This document shows, piece by piece, positions 9,686-21,155 of a stretch of DNA of 64,000 nucleotides. Numbering within the stretch: the first letter of the stretch is position 1; each line of letters begins with the position of its first letter. Position numbers and translations under genes: made by a program. Source of the stretch: an uncultured Candidatus Rokubacteria bacterium (GTDB lineage Bacteria; Methylomirabilota; Methylomirabilia; Rokubacteriales; CSP1-6); contig CAWBMV010000021.1 of assembly GCA_963789955.1 (NCBI GenBank), positions 1-64,000 of the forward strand, read 5' to 3'. The notes below the pieces were generated by a model. It was not told where the DNA came from. It searched no databases and was given only the letters and a program-made list of their open reading frames with translations.

Positions 9686-10360
9686 TTGAGTGCCCAAGGA
9701 AAGCGGCGACGGCCGAAGCAAGGACCCCGCCCCCGCGCCCTGCGGGAAGCCGACGCCGTGCCGATGCGCGAGACCATCGTGCAGGCGGCGAGCCGCTGCA
9801 TCGTGGAGCGAGGCCACGCGGCCCTGTCCACCCGGGCGGTGGCCGCCGAAGCCGGGGTCAATCAGAGCCTCATCCACTATTACTTCGGCACCAAGGAACG
9901 GCTGACGCTCGCGGTGCTCGAGCGCATGAACCAGATGCTGCTCAAGCGTCAGGCCGAGATGTTCGAGTCGACGGGCAGCGTGGCCGACAAGTGGGCGCAG
10001 GCCTGTCGCTTCTACGAGAGCGATCTGCAGTCGGGCTACGTGCGCCTGCTGATGGAGCTCTCCGCGCTGGGTGTCTCGAACGCGGCCATCGGGGACGAGG
10101 TGCGCAAGCTTCGGGGTCAGTGGCGGGCCCTGCTGGAGCAAGCGGTCGAAGGCGCGCTGGAGCACTTCGGGATCCGCTCGGTGTCGGCGGAGCATGTCAC
10201 GGCCTACCTGGTCGCCTTCTGGTACGGCATGGAGATGGAGATGGTGCTCGGCCTTCCCGAGGAGGAATCGCACTACTGGGCGAGCCTCGCGACCTTCGAG
10301 CGCTTCCTGCGATGGCTCGAAACGCAGCGTCGCGAAGGGCATCCTCCCACGCTCGGCTAG
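9686..10360 (+). CDS. TetR/AcrR-family transcriptional regulator (start uncertain: 9659, 9686 or 9764)
   Basis: HTH region LSTRAVAAEAGVNQSLIHYYFGTKE. Confidence 0.9.
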   Translation: MSAQGKRRRPKQGPRPRALREADAVPMRETIVQAASRCIVERGHAALSTRAVAAEAGVNQSLIHYYFGTKERLTLAVLERMNQMLLKRQAEMFESTGSVADKWAQACRFYESDLQSGYVRLLMELSALGVSNAAIGDEVRKLRGQWRALLEQAVEGALEHFGIRSVSAEHVTAYLVAFWYGMEMEMVLGLPEEESHYWASLATFERFLRWLETQRREGHPPTLG

Positions 10361-10369
10361 GAGGTCGGC

Positions 10370-12445
10370 ATGCGCGCGCGCTATCCGGATCGCGAAGGGA
10401 TCGTCGAGCACGGGGGTGTTCCGATCTCATGGGAGCTCTACGGCGAGGGCGAGCGGACGGTCATGCTCATCCCGCCCTGGCAGATCGTCCACAGTCGCAT
10501 CTGGAAGACGCAGATTCCCTATCTGGCTCGTCACTTCCGCGTGCTCACGTTCGATCCTCCCGGCAACGGGCGCTCGGGCCGACCGACCACCGGCTACGAT
10601 CACGATCGCGTCGTGGGCGGCGCCCTCGCGGTGCTCGATGCGACCGGGACCGATCGCGCGTCGCTCGTCACGCTTTCACGCTCGACGTGGCAGGGCGTGA
10701 TCCTGGCCGCCGAGCATCCCGAGCGGGTCGAGCGACTGGTGCTCACCGCCTGCGCGCTCGATCCCTCCCCGCGCGGCGGACCCAATTTCCACGCGCCGGT
10801 CGGTGACAATCCCAAGGGCTGGGCGAAATTCAACGCCGGGTACTGGCGCACTCACTATCGCGAGTTTCTCGAGTTCTTCTTCGCGCAGGTCTCGAGCGAG
10901 CCGCACTCGACGAAGCAGCACGAGGACGCGGTCGCGTGGGGTCTCGAAACCACGCCGGAAATCCTGATCGCCACGATCGACGAGTGGCAGTGCCACACGC
11001 CGCTCGCCGACCTGCTCGCGCGCGTGCGCTGCCCCACCCTCCTCGTGCACGGGACGGAGGACCGCGTGCGCCCCTTCGCGCTTTCCGAGCGGGCGCACGA
11101 GGCGATCGCCGGCTCCGTTCTGGTCGCGATGGAGGGGAGCGGTCACACCCCGAACGCGCGTGACCCGGTGCGCTACAACGTGCTGGTCCGTGAGTTTCTC
11201 GATCCGGAGCCCGCGTCGCGGCCGTGGCGCCGCGCGATGGCCCGCCGCCGGCGCGCGCTCTTCGTCTCCAGCCCGATCGGTCTCGGCCACGCGCTGCGCG
11301 ACGTCGCCATCGCCGAAGCCCTCCGCGCGCAGCGGCCGGATCTCGAGATCAGCTGGCTGGCGCAAGATCCGGTCACGCGCGTGCTCGAGGCGCGCGGCGA
11401 GACGATTCATCCGGCCAGCCGGCTCCTGGCCGGCGAATCCGCGCACTTCGAGTCGGAGGCCGGCGAGCACGACCTGCACGCCTTCTACGCCTGGCGCAAC
11501 ATGGACGAGATCCTCGTCGCCAACTTCATGGTGCTCCACGACGTGCTCGAGGCCGAGCCCTTCGACCTCGTGGTCGGCGACGAGGCGTGGGACGTCGACT
11601 ACTATCTGCACGAAAATCCCGAGCTCAAGCGGACCGCGTTCGCCTGGCTCACCGACTTCGTGGGCTGGCTGCCCGTCGATCCCGGGGATCGGCGTGAAGC
11701 CCTGCTGGCCGCCGACTACAACGCCGAGATGATCGAGCAGATCGCGCGCCTGCCACGCATCCGCGATGCCGCGCTGTTCGTGGGCAGCCCGGACGACGTG
11801 GTCGAGACCGAGTTCGGCCCCGGCTTGCCGCGCATCCGCGACTGGACGCGCGAGCACTTCGACTTCCCCGGCTACATCCTGCCGTTCGATCCGACCGCGT
11901 TCGCCGATCGCGAGGCGCTGCGCGCGCGCCTGGGCTTCCGCGCCGACGAGAAGGTCGTGTTCGCGGCGGTCGGCGGCACCGGCGTCGGCCATCACCTGCT
12001 GCGCCGGGTGATCGCGGCAGCGCCGGCCACGCGGCGGCTCGTGCCCGACGCGCGGATCGTCGTGGTCACCGGCCCGCGCATCGACCCGGCGTCCTTGCCC
12101 GCGGCGCCCGGCGTCGAGTACCGCCGGTTCGTGCCCGACCTCTACGCCCACCTGGCCGCTTGCGACCTGGCCGTCGTGCAAGGAGGGCTCAGCACCTGCA
12201 TGGAGCTCACGGCCACCAAGCGACCGTTCCTGTATTTCCCGCTGCGGAACCATTTCGAGCAGTCGTTTCACGTGCCGCACCGTCTGGCCCGCTACGGCGC
12301 CGGCACGCGGATGGACTATGGGCAAACCGACCCCGAGGCGCTGGCCCACGCCATCGCCGATGGGCTGAAGCGTCCGGTGCTCTACCGGGACGTGGAAACC
12401 GACGGCGCGCGCCGGGCGGCCGCCGTCATCGCGCGGCTCGTGTGA
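10370..12445 (+). CDS. Alpha/beta-hydrolase fused to a GT-B glycosyltransferase (GT28-like C-terminus)
   Basis: N-half FDPPGNGRS, HGTED, GSGH. C-half SSPIGLGHALRD, VGGTGVG, DLAVVQGGLSTCMEL, PLRNHFEQ. One intact 691-aa ORF. Confidence 0.85.
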   Translation: MRARYPDREGIVEHGGVPISWELYGEGERTVMLIPPWQIVHSRIWKTQIPYLARHFRVLTFDPPGNGRSGRPTTGYDHDRVVGGALAVLDATGTDRASLVTLSRSTWQGVILAAEHPERVERLVLTACALDPSPRGGPNFHAPVGDNPKGWAKFNAGYWRTHYREFLEFFFAQVSSEPHSTKQHEDAVAWGLETTPEILIATIDEWQCHTPLADLLARVRCPTLLVHGTEDRVRPFALSERAHEAIAGSVLVAMEGSGHTPNARDPVRYNVLVREFLDPEPASRPWRRAMARRRRALFVSSPIGLGHALRDVAIAEALRAQRPDLEISWLAQDPVTRVLEARGETIHPASRLLAGESAHFESEAGEHDLHAFYAWRNMDEILVANFMVLHDVLEAEPFDLVVGDEAWDVDYYLHENPELKRTAFAWLTDFVGWLPVDPGDRREALLAADYNAEMIEQIARLPRIRDAALFVGSPDDVVETEFGPGLPRIRDWTREHFDFPGYILPFDPTAFADREALRARLGFRADEKVVFAAVGGTGVGHHLLRRVIAAAPATRRLVPDARIVVVTGPRIDPASLPAAPGVEYRRFVPDLYAHLAACDLAVVQGGLSTCMELTATKRPFLYFPLRNHFEQSFHVPHRLARYGAGTRMDYGQTDPEALAHAIADGLKRPVLYRDVETDGARRAAAVIARLV

Positions 12446-12475
12446 GCCGCGCTATTGACACCCATGGAGGCTTCG

Positions 12476-13649
12476 ATGAACGCGACGACCAAGACCACCC
12501 TCTCCGACGAACTGATCGGCCGTTGCGGTAGCCGAGCGGCGGCGTACGATCGCGACAACCGGTTCTTCACCGAAGATTTCGAGGAGCTGCGCGCCGCGGG
12601 CTATCTCAAGATGGCGGTGCCGGAGCATCTCGGTGGCCCCGGCATGACCCTGGCCGAGATCTGCCGCGAACAGCGGCGTCTGGCCTACCGCGCGCCGGCC
12701 ACGGCGCTCGCGACGAACATGCACCTCTACTGGACCGGGCTCGCCGCCGACATGCGGCGGGCCGGCGACAAGTCGCTCGAGTGGATTCTCGCCGAAGCGG
12801 CCGCGGGTGAGGTCTTTGCCGCCGGCCACGGCGAAGCCGGCAACGATTTGCCGCTCTTCCTGTCCACGGCGAAGGCCGAGCGCGTCGACGGCGGCTATCG
12901 CTTCTGGGGTCACAAGACCTTCGGCAGCCTCACACCCGTGTGGACGCGGCTGGGCCTGCACGCGATGGACGCGAGCAATCCGAGCGCACCGCAGATCATC
13001 CACGCGTTTCTCCCGCGCGACGCGAAGGGCTACTCGATCAAGGAGACGTGGGACACGCTCGGCATGCGCGCGACGCGGAGCGACGACACGATCCTCGACG
13101 GCGCCTTCGTGCCGGACCGCTACATCGCCCGGCGGCTGCCGGCCGGCACCGCCGATCTCTTCGTGCTGTCGATCTTCGGGTGGGCCGAGCCGACGTTCGC
13201 CAACATCTATCTCGGTCTGGCCGAGCGTGCCCGCGACCTGGCGGCGGCCGGCGTCAAGAAGCGCACGTCACTCGCCCTCACCCGGTCGATGGCGTACCAC
13301 CCGGAGGTCCAGCGCTGCTTCTCGGAGATGCAGCTGGCCCTCGAGGCGAGCGACCGCCCAGGTCGACCGCATCGCCGACGACTGGTCGAATCAGGTCGAT
13401 CACGGCATGGCGTGGCCGATGAAGCTCGTGGCGGCCAAGCACAACGCGGTCGAGGCCGCCAAGAAGGTCGTCGATCTCGCGATGTCCGTCTCGGGCGGCA
13501 CGGGCATGTTCAAGTCGAACGAGCTCGAGCGGCTCTATCGAGACGTCCGCTGCGGCGGGTTTCATCCGGCCAACTCGATCCTGGTCCACGAGATCGTCGG
13601 CAAGACGGTGCTCGGGATCGGTCTCGGCGAGCAGCCGCGGTGGGGATGA
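12476..13649 (+). CDS. Acyl-CoA dehydrogenase-family protein (frameshift near 13350)
   Basis: GGYRFWGHKTFGS, WDTLGMRATRSDD. C-terminal ELERLYRDVRCGGFHP lies in the frame ending at 13649. Confidence 0.88.
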
Positions 13650-13682
13650 TCAGGACACACATGGTCTGAGCTGAGCGCGCTG

Positions 13683-13716
13683 CACCGCAGGGCCGTCGGG
13701 CAACGGCCCTGCGGTG
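13683..13716. terminator. Perfect 14-bp hairpin between convergent genes
   Basis: caccgcagggccgt-cgggca-acggccctgcggtg. Confidence 0.55.
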
Positions 13717-13719
13717 TTG

Positions 13720-14234
13720 CCACGCCATCCGGAGCGGCGTCACCGGCGTCCACGGCACGGCAATCGCCTTCTGGAGCTTGCCCATCTTGTCGTACACGCG
13801 AATCTCCGAGCCCTGCCGATTGCAGACATAGACCATGCCGTCGTTGGTGAACGTTCTCCATGTCGTCGATGACCCAGTGGCGGAGGAACTTGCCCGTGCT
13901 GTCCATGACGGCGACGCGGCGATTGGTGCCCGCGCCTTCGCCGTCCGACACGTAGACGTCGTCATTGGCCCGGTCCACGAAGATGCTGGACGGCATGAAG
14001 AAGGTGGCCGCCGGCGAATTCAGTGGCTTGCCAGGATCAGCACGTGATCCTTCGCGTCGACGCAGATGCCGCCGAGTCCGCCCAGGACCCAGCGACCGGG
14101 AAGCGGCTTCGGCCAGTGGACAACCGCCGGTAGCGGAGCGAGCTCTGCGTCAGCGAGAGCGACGGAAAGAACATCCCCGCGGCAATCGCCAGCACGGCGC
14201 CGGCGCCGACCCTGCGAATGACCCCTCTGTTCAT
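13720..14234 (-). pseudogene. Secreted NHL-repeat/beta-propeller protein remnant with internal deletions
   Basis: Signal-peptide-like start, then WPKPLPGRWVLGGLGGICVDAKDHVLIL, FFMPSSIFVDRANDDVYVSDGEG and DGMVYVCNRQGSEIRVYDKMG in different frames. Far shorter than a full propeller. Confidence 0.65.
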
Positions 14235-14264
14235 GTCCGCGCCCCTCCACGCATTGCCACGAAG

Positions 14265-16727
14265 TTAGGAGCGCTCCGCCTGTCCGTCGACCAGCCGGTC
14301 GATCTCGACCGCCAGCGCCACCGCGTCGTTGCTGAAGTAGTGAGTATGCGCGCCGGCGCCAAGGCAGAATTGCGCGCGATCGCCCGCGCGGTCGGCTTCG
14401 ACTCGGCCATCCGATCCGATCAGCGCGATGCGATACGAATCGGCCGGCGGCGCCCAGACGCAGACGCCCGACGTAGTCGCCCGATCGGAAGGCGTTGACC
14501 CATTCGACCGCGCCGATGTCGGCCGCGCTCGGTCCCGCGGTCGCGAAGTCCACGGCGTTCGAGCCCATCCAGCCGTACAGCAGCGGGAAATGCTCAGCGT
14601 ACAGGTCGCGCAGCGGCGAGCCGACCGTCACGAGCGCGATCGGAATATCGCCGATGACGTCGGGCAATCGCCGTTGCACGTGCAGATAGCGCAGCAGGTC
14701 GGCGCTGATCACGGTGCCCTGGCTGTGCGACACGATGACGATACGCGCGTAGGCGTGGTCGCGCAGATAGACGAGCAAGGAGGCGTAACGCGAATAGATA
14801 CGCGCGCGAGGCGGCTGCAGGTTGGGCGGATCCCTGAAGTAGTTGTCGACGTCCAGCACCGCGTCGAGCGTGACGCGCAACCGGCCGAAGGTTCGCGTGA
14901 ACCTCGAGCCGAGGGCGGCGATCGTCAGCGCGCCACCCGCCAGCCATTTGCCCGCGGAGACCAGGGTCTCGCCCTGCAAATAGTCCAGCCAGCCGGCGAC
15001 CCACTTAGCCCAGGCTCCGGCGGGACCGGCCGAGAAGAATTGCTCGTAGACGAACGCCAGGTACAGCAGCCCGCCGATGATTGCGCCGGGCGGCACCACC
15101 AGGACGAACGTCTTCGTCAGTCGTTTGAGACCGCTCCCGAGCCATCGGCCGAGTCGTTCCGACCACACGACGGCCTCGCGTCGGCGCCCGCGTGCATCGA
15201 CGTTCGTCGTCGGAGAGATTTCTTCGAGCAGCGAGGGCATCAGCACCAGCAGGGCGGCCGACCCGAGCGCGGTGAAGGCCAGCACGAGCGGCGTGAAAAA
15301 CCCGCCGAAGGTCTCGATGCGGGCGTCGAGATAGATGTCGGCCGAGCGATAGCCGGCACCGATCAGCACCGGCAGGTAGAGGAAGTCGTTCAGCTGGTGC
15401 CCGGCGACGTAGCTGATCACCGACCACAGCACCAGGCTCAGCACGGCGAACAGCGCGGTGGAGCCGACAACGGCCAGGCGAGCCGTGTTCAGCGACTGCC
15501 TCGCGGCGCGATCGACACCGCGGCTCAGCCAGAGTCCGAGCACCAGCGCCGCCGTCTGCACGACGACGTAGACCGCCCAGACCAGCAGCAGCGCGGCGAG
15601 CAGCCATTCGGCCACGTTGAACGCGGCGGTCAGCATCCATTCGGCCTGGCTGCTGACGTGCGGCAACAACGCGCGGCCGTCGAGCGACAGCGCGATGACG
15701 GTCGCGACAACCAGCAGATGGCCCAGCACACGCACGCCGCGCGTGACGCGCGCGTATCGTTCGATGAGCCAGGCGCCCAGGACGGCGACGGCCAGGACAC
15801 CGGCGGTAAAGTGCATCACCGGCAGCTCGGTCTCGACCCTCAGGGCCACGACGACGGCCACGGAACACGCGAGGGCGGCCGCCAGCAGCACGACGAGCCT
15901 CGCCCAGCGCCCCGCCGGTGATGTTCCGCGCAGCCACGCCAGCACGGCGAGCGCGCTCAAGACGATCGCGCGCTACCGCGAACAAGGCCGCGAGCATCTG
16001 GGTCTGCTGGTCGATCGACACCAGCCCCGCCGCTCCGAACAGGACCAGCAGGAGCATCGCCAGCTGTACGAGCGCCGCCGGCCCCTTCATCAACCACGCG
16101 AGCCACGCGTGCATGCGCTGCAGAAGCCGCCAGGCGGCGCCGCCACCGACGCTCAGCGAGACCTGATCGACGACGTCGGCCGCGAGCGTACCCGAGGTGG
16201 AAAAAGAGCTGGTAGAGCGCGGACAGCGCCCGGAATCCGCCTTCGCCCAGCCGGGAGAGATCGGCCCAGTAGAGCTCGAAGATGTCGACGGGGCGATCGT
16301 TCGCCCGCCGGCGCAATGAGACGCGGGTCGATTCGTAGAGCGCTTCGCGCTCCGGGAGCTCGAGACGGCCGAGCAGGTAATCGTTCAGCGCGAGGCCGAG
16401 ATCGGGCGGGCGCGACTCCGCGGCGCCGACGGCCGGCGCCGATTTCTGCGTCTGGTAGAAGCCGCTCGGCGTCCCCGGCCGCCGCCTCGACGTTTCCGTT
16501 CCTGGCGCGCCGCCGGGCGACGGATGGGTCGCGGCGGGTGAGGCGGCGCCGCCGGGCTCGAGCTTGGCCACCGGCACCAGCACCTCGTGCATTTCGCCCT
16601 GCACGTAGCGCGGCTCGCCTTCCCCGCCGTGGCACAAGAGCCGCGCGAGCTCGCGCACCGTCTGTCCCGCACGCTGATCGGCGATGCCGTGGACCACGAC
16701 GACGGCAACGCGATCGGGCGTGCTCAC
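14265..16727 (-). CDS. Large polytopic membrane protein with split alpha/beta-hydrolase motifs (several frameshifts)
   Basis: N-terminal VVVVHGIADQ and ELYWADLS, a long multi-TM middle, then C-terminal SHSQGT, LVTVGSPL, WVNAFRSGDYVG and CLGAGAHTHYF, ending at TAA 14265-14267. Confidence 0.7.
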
Positions 16728-16742
16728 CGCGGACGGCCTGGG

Positions 16743-17780
16743 TTACCTGGAGGGATCCGGCCCCACCTTCACGAGCATCTTGCCGAGATTCTCGCCGCGC
16801 AGCAGACCGATGAAGGCGCGCGGCGCCTGATCCAAACCTTCGACGACGTCTTCACGATATTTGAGCCGCCCCCCGCGCACCCATCCCCCGCAGTCCGCGA
16901 GGAACGCGGGCATCCGATCCGCGTGATCGGAGACGATGAAGCCACGGACGGTCACGCGGTTGACCAGGACCGCGCCCAGGTTGGGGCCCGGCGGCATTTC
17001 GGTGGCGTTGTACTGCGAGATGATGCCGCAGAGCGGGACGCGCGCGAACGGGTTCACCAGCCGCAGCACGGTCTTCAGCACGTCGCCGCCCACGTTGTCG
17101 AAGTACACGTCGATGCCCTTGGGACAGGCGTCCTTCAACGCGGCGAAGAGATCCGGCGATCGATAGCTCACGCAGGCGTCGAACCCGAGCTCCTTGACGA
17201 CGTAGTCGCACTTCGACTGAGCCCCGGCGACGCCGACCGCGCGGCATCCCTTGATCTTGGCGATCTGGCCGACGGCCGACCCGACGGCGCCGGCCGCCGC
17301 CGACACCACGACCGTCTCGCCCGGCTTGGGTTGGCCGAAGTCGAGCAGGCCGACGTATGCGGTCATGCCCGGCATGCCCAGCACACCGAGTGCCGCAGAG
17401 ATCGGCGCGACCTTGGGATCGAGCTTCAAGGGACCGAACGGTCCCGGCGCTGCGCCGGGGCGCGCGATGTGGTAGGTCTGCCAGCCGCCGTAGCCGAGGG
17501 CGAAATCGCCACGCTGGAACGCCGGGCTGCGCGACTCCACCACCTCGCTCACGGTGCCGCCGACCATCGGCGCCCCCAGCTCGACCGGCGCGGTGTAGGA
17601 CTTCACGTCGTTCATGCGTCCACGCATGTAGGGATCCAGCGAGAGATAGATCGTGCGGCACAGAATCTCGCCATCGCCCACCGTCGGCATGGGCGCGTCG
17701 GCGATCTCGAAATCTGTCGGCTTCGGCTCACCGGTCGGTCGGCTCTTGAGCAACACGCGGCGATTCGTCGTGGTTGGCAC
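16743..17780 (-). CDS. NADP-dependent oxidoreductase (CurA/YncB, PTGR1-like MDR)
   Basis: YLSLDPYMRGRM, LGVLGMPGMTAY, SAAAGAVGS, YFDNVGG, GENLGK. Confidence 0.92.
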   Translation of the reverse strand: MPTTTNRRVLLKSRPTGEPKPTDFEIADAPMPTVGDGEILCRTIYLSLDPYMRGRMNDVKSYTAPVELGAPMVGGTVSEVVESRSPAFQRGDFALGYGGWQTYHIARPGAAPGPFGPLKLDPKVAPISAALGVLGMPGMTAYVGLLDFGQPKPGETVVVSAAAGAVGSAVGQIAKIKGCRAVGVAGAQSKCDYVVKELGFDACVSYRSPDLFAALKDACPKGIDVYFDNVGGDVLKTVLRLVNPFARVPLCGIISQYNATEMPPGPNLGAVLVNRVTVRGFIVSDHADRMPAFLADCGGWVRGGRLKYREDVVEGLDQAPRAFIGLLRGENLGKMLVKVGPDPSR

Positions 17781-17888
17781 GGGCGGTCCTCCCCGCGGGG
17801 ATTGTCCGCCACGCTCGAGAGCCGTGCAACTGTCGGTGTGAGGCCGGACACGGAGCGCCGCGCGGGCGGCGCCCCGTGCCCGGTGCAA

Positions 17889-20220
17889 CTAGACGGTCAG
17901 CTGATCGCGGATCGGCAGACGACGGATTCGCTTGCCCGTCGCGGCGAAGATTGCGTTGCACAGCGCCGGCGGGATCGGAGGCACACCCGGCTCACCCACA
18001 CCGCCCATCGCGTGGCTATAGTCGCTATTGGGGATGATGTGGACCCGGATCTCCTTCGGCGCGCCGGTCATGCGGGTCACCTGGTACGAGTCGAAATTGT
18101 TCTGCTCGACGCGCCCGCCCTTGTAGCTGATCTCACCGAGCGTCGCGACGCCGACGCCCATGACGGTCGCGCCTTCCATCTGCGCGCGGACACGATCCGG
18201 ATTGACGGTCGGGCCGCAATCGACCGCGACGTCGACCCGCGGAATCGTCAGCGCTCCTTTGGAATCGACGGCGACCTGCACGACCGCCGCGACGTAGCTG
18301 ACGAAGCTGTAGTGGCCGGCGATGCCCATGCCCTGCCCCTTGGGCAGCTGCTTGCCCCAGCCGGCCGCATGAGCCGCCACCTCGATGACGCGCGCCAGGC
18401 GGCCGGTGTCGACCGGATACCGCTCGGGCGACTCGCCGTGATTCCAGGTGTCGCCGAGCATCTCGGGACTGACGACACGCGGCGGACCGATGACTTGCAG
18501 CAGAAAGTCCTTCTGGTCGCGGCCCGCCGCGGCGGCGAGCTCGGCTACGAACGACTGAACCGCAAACGCATGCGGAATGTTCGAAACCGACCGGAACCAT
18601 CCGATCCGCGTGTGGGCGATCGCCTCCGGGTTCTCGATGCGCACGTTGGGAATCGCGAACGGCACGTTGATGACGCCCATGCCGAGCTCGAGCGGCGCCT
18701 CGTTCTTCGCGTCGACGTTGAACGTCGAGATGATCGTGGGCGCCACGGTGCGGTGCAGCCACGCCACCGGCGTGCCCCACGTATCGACGCCGGCCTCGAG
18801 ATGCTCGACCGACACCGTGTGGTAGTAGGAGTTGTGTAGATCGTCGTCGCGCGTCCACGTCACCTTGACGGGCTTGCCGTCGACGGCTTTCGAGAGTATG
18901 GCCGCCTCGATGCCGTAGTCCGGCTTGGACTTGCGCCCGAACCCGCCGCCCAGGAGCGTCACGTGCACCGTGACGTCGTCGGCCGACATGCCGAGCCGCT
19001 TCGCCACCAGATCGCGCGCGGCCTGCGGCGACTGGAAGCATCCCCAGACTTCGCACTTGCCGTTGGTGATGCGGGCGGCCGCCGCCGGCGGCTCCATCGT
19101 CGCGTGGGCGAGATGCGGGATGTAGTACTCCGCCTCGAGGCGCTTGGCGGCGGCAGCCGCGGCCTTGTCGAAGTCGCCGTCGTTGCGCACGACCTTGCCG
19201 GGCTTGCGCGCGGATTCCTCGAGGCTTGCCTTGTAGGCCACCGAGTCGTAGCTGCCGTTCGGTCCGTCGTCCCAGGTGATCTTGAGCGCCCGGCGGCCCT
19301 GCATGGCGGCAAACGTGTTGCGCGCCACCACGGCGACGCCGCCGAGGGGATTGAAGAGCGCGGGCGGCGCGGTGCCCTCGATCTGGACGACCTTCACCAC
19401 GCCCGGCACCTTGAGCGCCGCGGAGTCGTCGACACTGGCCACCTTGCCGCCCAGGACCGGCGGGCGAGCGACGACGGCGTAGAGCATGCCGGGAAGGCGA
19501 GTGTCGATGCCGTACTGTCGCCTTGCCCGTCGCGATGTCCATCGCGTCGACCAGCTTCAGCTCGCCCTTGCCGATGTAGCGGAAGTCTTTCGGGTCCTTG
19601 AGACGCAGCGCGGCCCGCGCCGGCACCGGCTGGCCGGCGGCGGCCTTCGCGAGCGCACCGTATCCGAGACGACGGCCGCTCGCGCTGTGGACGACCTCGT
19701 GATTCTTGGCGGCCACCTCGCTCACCGGCACCTTCCAGCGATCGGCGGCCGCGGCCTCGAGCATGGCGCGCGCGGCGGCGCCACAGCGGCGCATCGGCTC
19801 GAAGAAATGGCGGGTGCTGCGCGAGCCGTCGGTGTCCTGGTTGCCGAACTTCTTCTCGTCACCGGTCGCCTGGGCGACGCGCACTCGCTTCCAGTCGGCC
19901 TCGAGCTCGTCGGCGACGATCATCGGCATGCCGGTCCTGACGCCCTGCCCCATCTCCGAGCGATGGCAGACGATCGTGACCGTTCCGTCCTCGGCGATCG
20001 AGACGAAGGCCAGCGGATTGTCGACCCATCCGTTGGGCATCCCATCGGCGCCGTATTTCTTGGGCTCCTGGGCGCCGGCGCTCGACTGGAACCCGACGGC
20101 CAGCACGAGTCCGCCGAGCGACATCCCCTGCAGGAATCGGCGCCGGCTCACGTTGGCCAGCACCACGGCCTCTTCGGACGACGCGACCGTACGCGAGCCG
20201 CGATCCACCCGCGCGCTCAT
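17889..20220 (-). CDS. Xanthine-dehydrogenase-family molybdopterin-binding subunit (isoquinoline 1-oxidoreductase beta-like), frameshift near 19520
   Basis: Tat-like [44 protein letters not shown]. Confidence 0.9.
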
Positions 20221-20681
20221 CGCGCACCTGCCTTCGCCGCGGCCTGCTTGATCGCGGCGCGGATCCGCGTGTACGTCCCGCAGCGGCAAATGTTGCCGTC
20301 CATGGCCTCGTCGATCTGGGCATCGGTGGGATTCGGGTTGCGCCGCAGCAGCGCGGCCGCGGACATGATCTGGCCGGCCTGGCAGTAGCCGCACTGCGGG
20401 ACGCCCATGTCGACCCACGCCGCCTGCAGCGCCTTCCCGACCGGCTCGCCGCCGACGGCTTCGATCGTGACGATCTTCGCGTTCGCCACCGCCGAGATCG
20501 GCGTGATGCACGAGCGAACCGCCTTCCCGTCGACGTGCACGGTGCAGGCGCCGCAGAGCGCCATGCCGCAGCCGAACTTGCTGCCGGTGAGCCCGAGCTC
20601 GTCCCGCAAGGTCCACAGCAGCGGGGTCTCGCCAGGCACGTCCACGTTCTGGCGCTTGCCGTTGATGTCGAGTGAGACCAT
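20217..20681 (-). CDS. 2Fe-2S subunit of the molybdoenzyme (IorA/CoxS-like)
   Basis: [35 protein letters not shown]. Confidence 0.93.
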   Translation of the reverse strand: MVSLDINGKRQNVDVPGETPLLWTLRDELGLTGSKFGCGMALCGACTVHVDGKAVRSCITPISAVANAKIVTIEAVGGEPVGKALQAAWVDMGVPQCGYCQAGQIMSAAALLRRNPNPTDAQIDEAMDGNICRCGTYTRIRAAIKQAAAKAGAR

Positions 20682-20794
20682 CACGCCCTCCTCTCGTCGT
20701 TGAGCCAGCCGCGCGGCCAGGACGCCGGGCGCCTCCATCGGCGCCGCCGGCGTCAATATGTCCGAAAACGCATAATGAGACCACAAAGCGGTGG

Positions 20795-20825
20795 AAGATA
20801 AAGAAAGCCGGTCCGCGACGGGCTT
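20795..20825 (-). terminator. Rho-independent terminator after the cupin gene
   Basis: Minus strand aagcccgtc-gcg-gaccggctt followed by a T-rich tail tctttatctt. Confidence 0.55.
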
Positions 20826-20836
20826 CTCCTTCGCCG

Positions 20837-21130
20837 TTACGGTCGAGCCGCGGCCTCCCGCGACACCGCGCGCCGGCCGGAGACGTAGCGCACGCCGTCA
20901 GCCGCGGTGTGCTCCTCGTGCATGGTGCCCGCGGGCACGCTGCAGGAGTCGCCCGGACCGTACTTGACCTGGTCTTTGCCGAAGACGAGCGTGATGGATC
21001 CGTCCAGCACGAGCACGCGAGCGTCGAACTCGTGGGCGTGCGCTTCACGGTGCACGTTGGGCTCGATCTCGCCCTCGCGGACCTCATAGCCGTCCCGGCG
21101 GAGCTCGGCTTCGAATTCGGCTCTGGTCAT
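20837..21130 (-). CDS. Small cupin-domain protein
   Basis: HAHEFDA...[23 protein letters not shown]. Confidence 0.85.
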   Translation of the reverse strand: MTRAEFEAELRRDGYEVREGEIEPNVHREAHAHEFDARVLVLDGSITLVFGKDQVKYGPGDSCSVPAGTMHEEHTAADGVRYVSGRRAVSREAAARP

Positions 21131-21155
21131 AGCATTCTCCTTTTGTCTTGAGCGG

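Noticed and set aside
14020..14040. TGA in the NHL-repeat region as a read-through site
   Set aside because: Homology continues in a different frame (GKPLNSPAATFFMP). It is a deletion junction, not an in-frame stop.
14925..14945. GGGTGGCG motif resembling the SECIS-like hairpin
   Set aside because: It lies in an open frame (LAGGAL) with no upstream in-frame TGA, and shows that the core 8-mer alone is not diagnostic.
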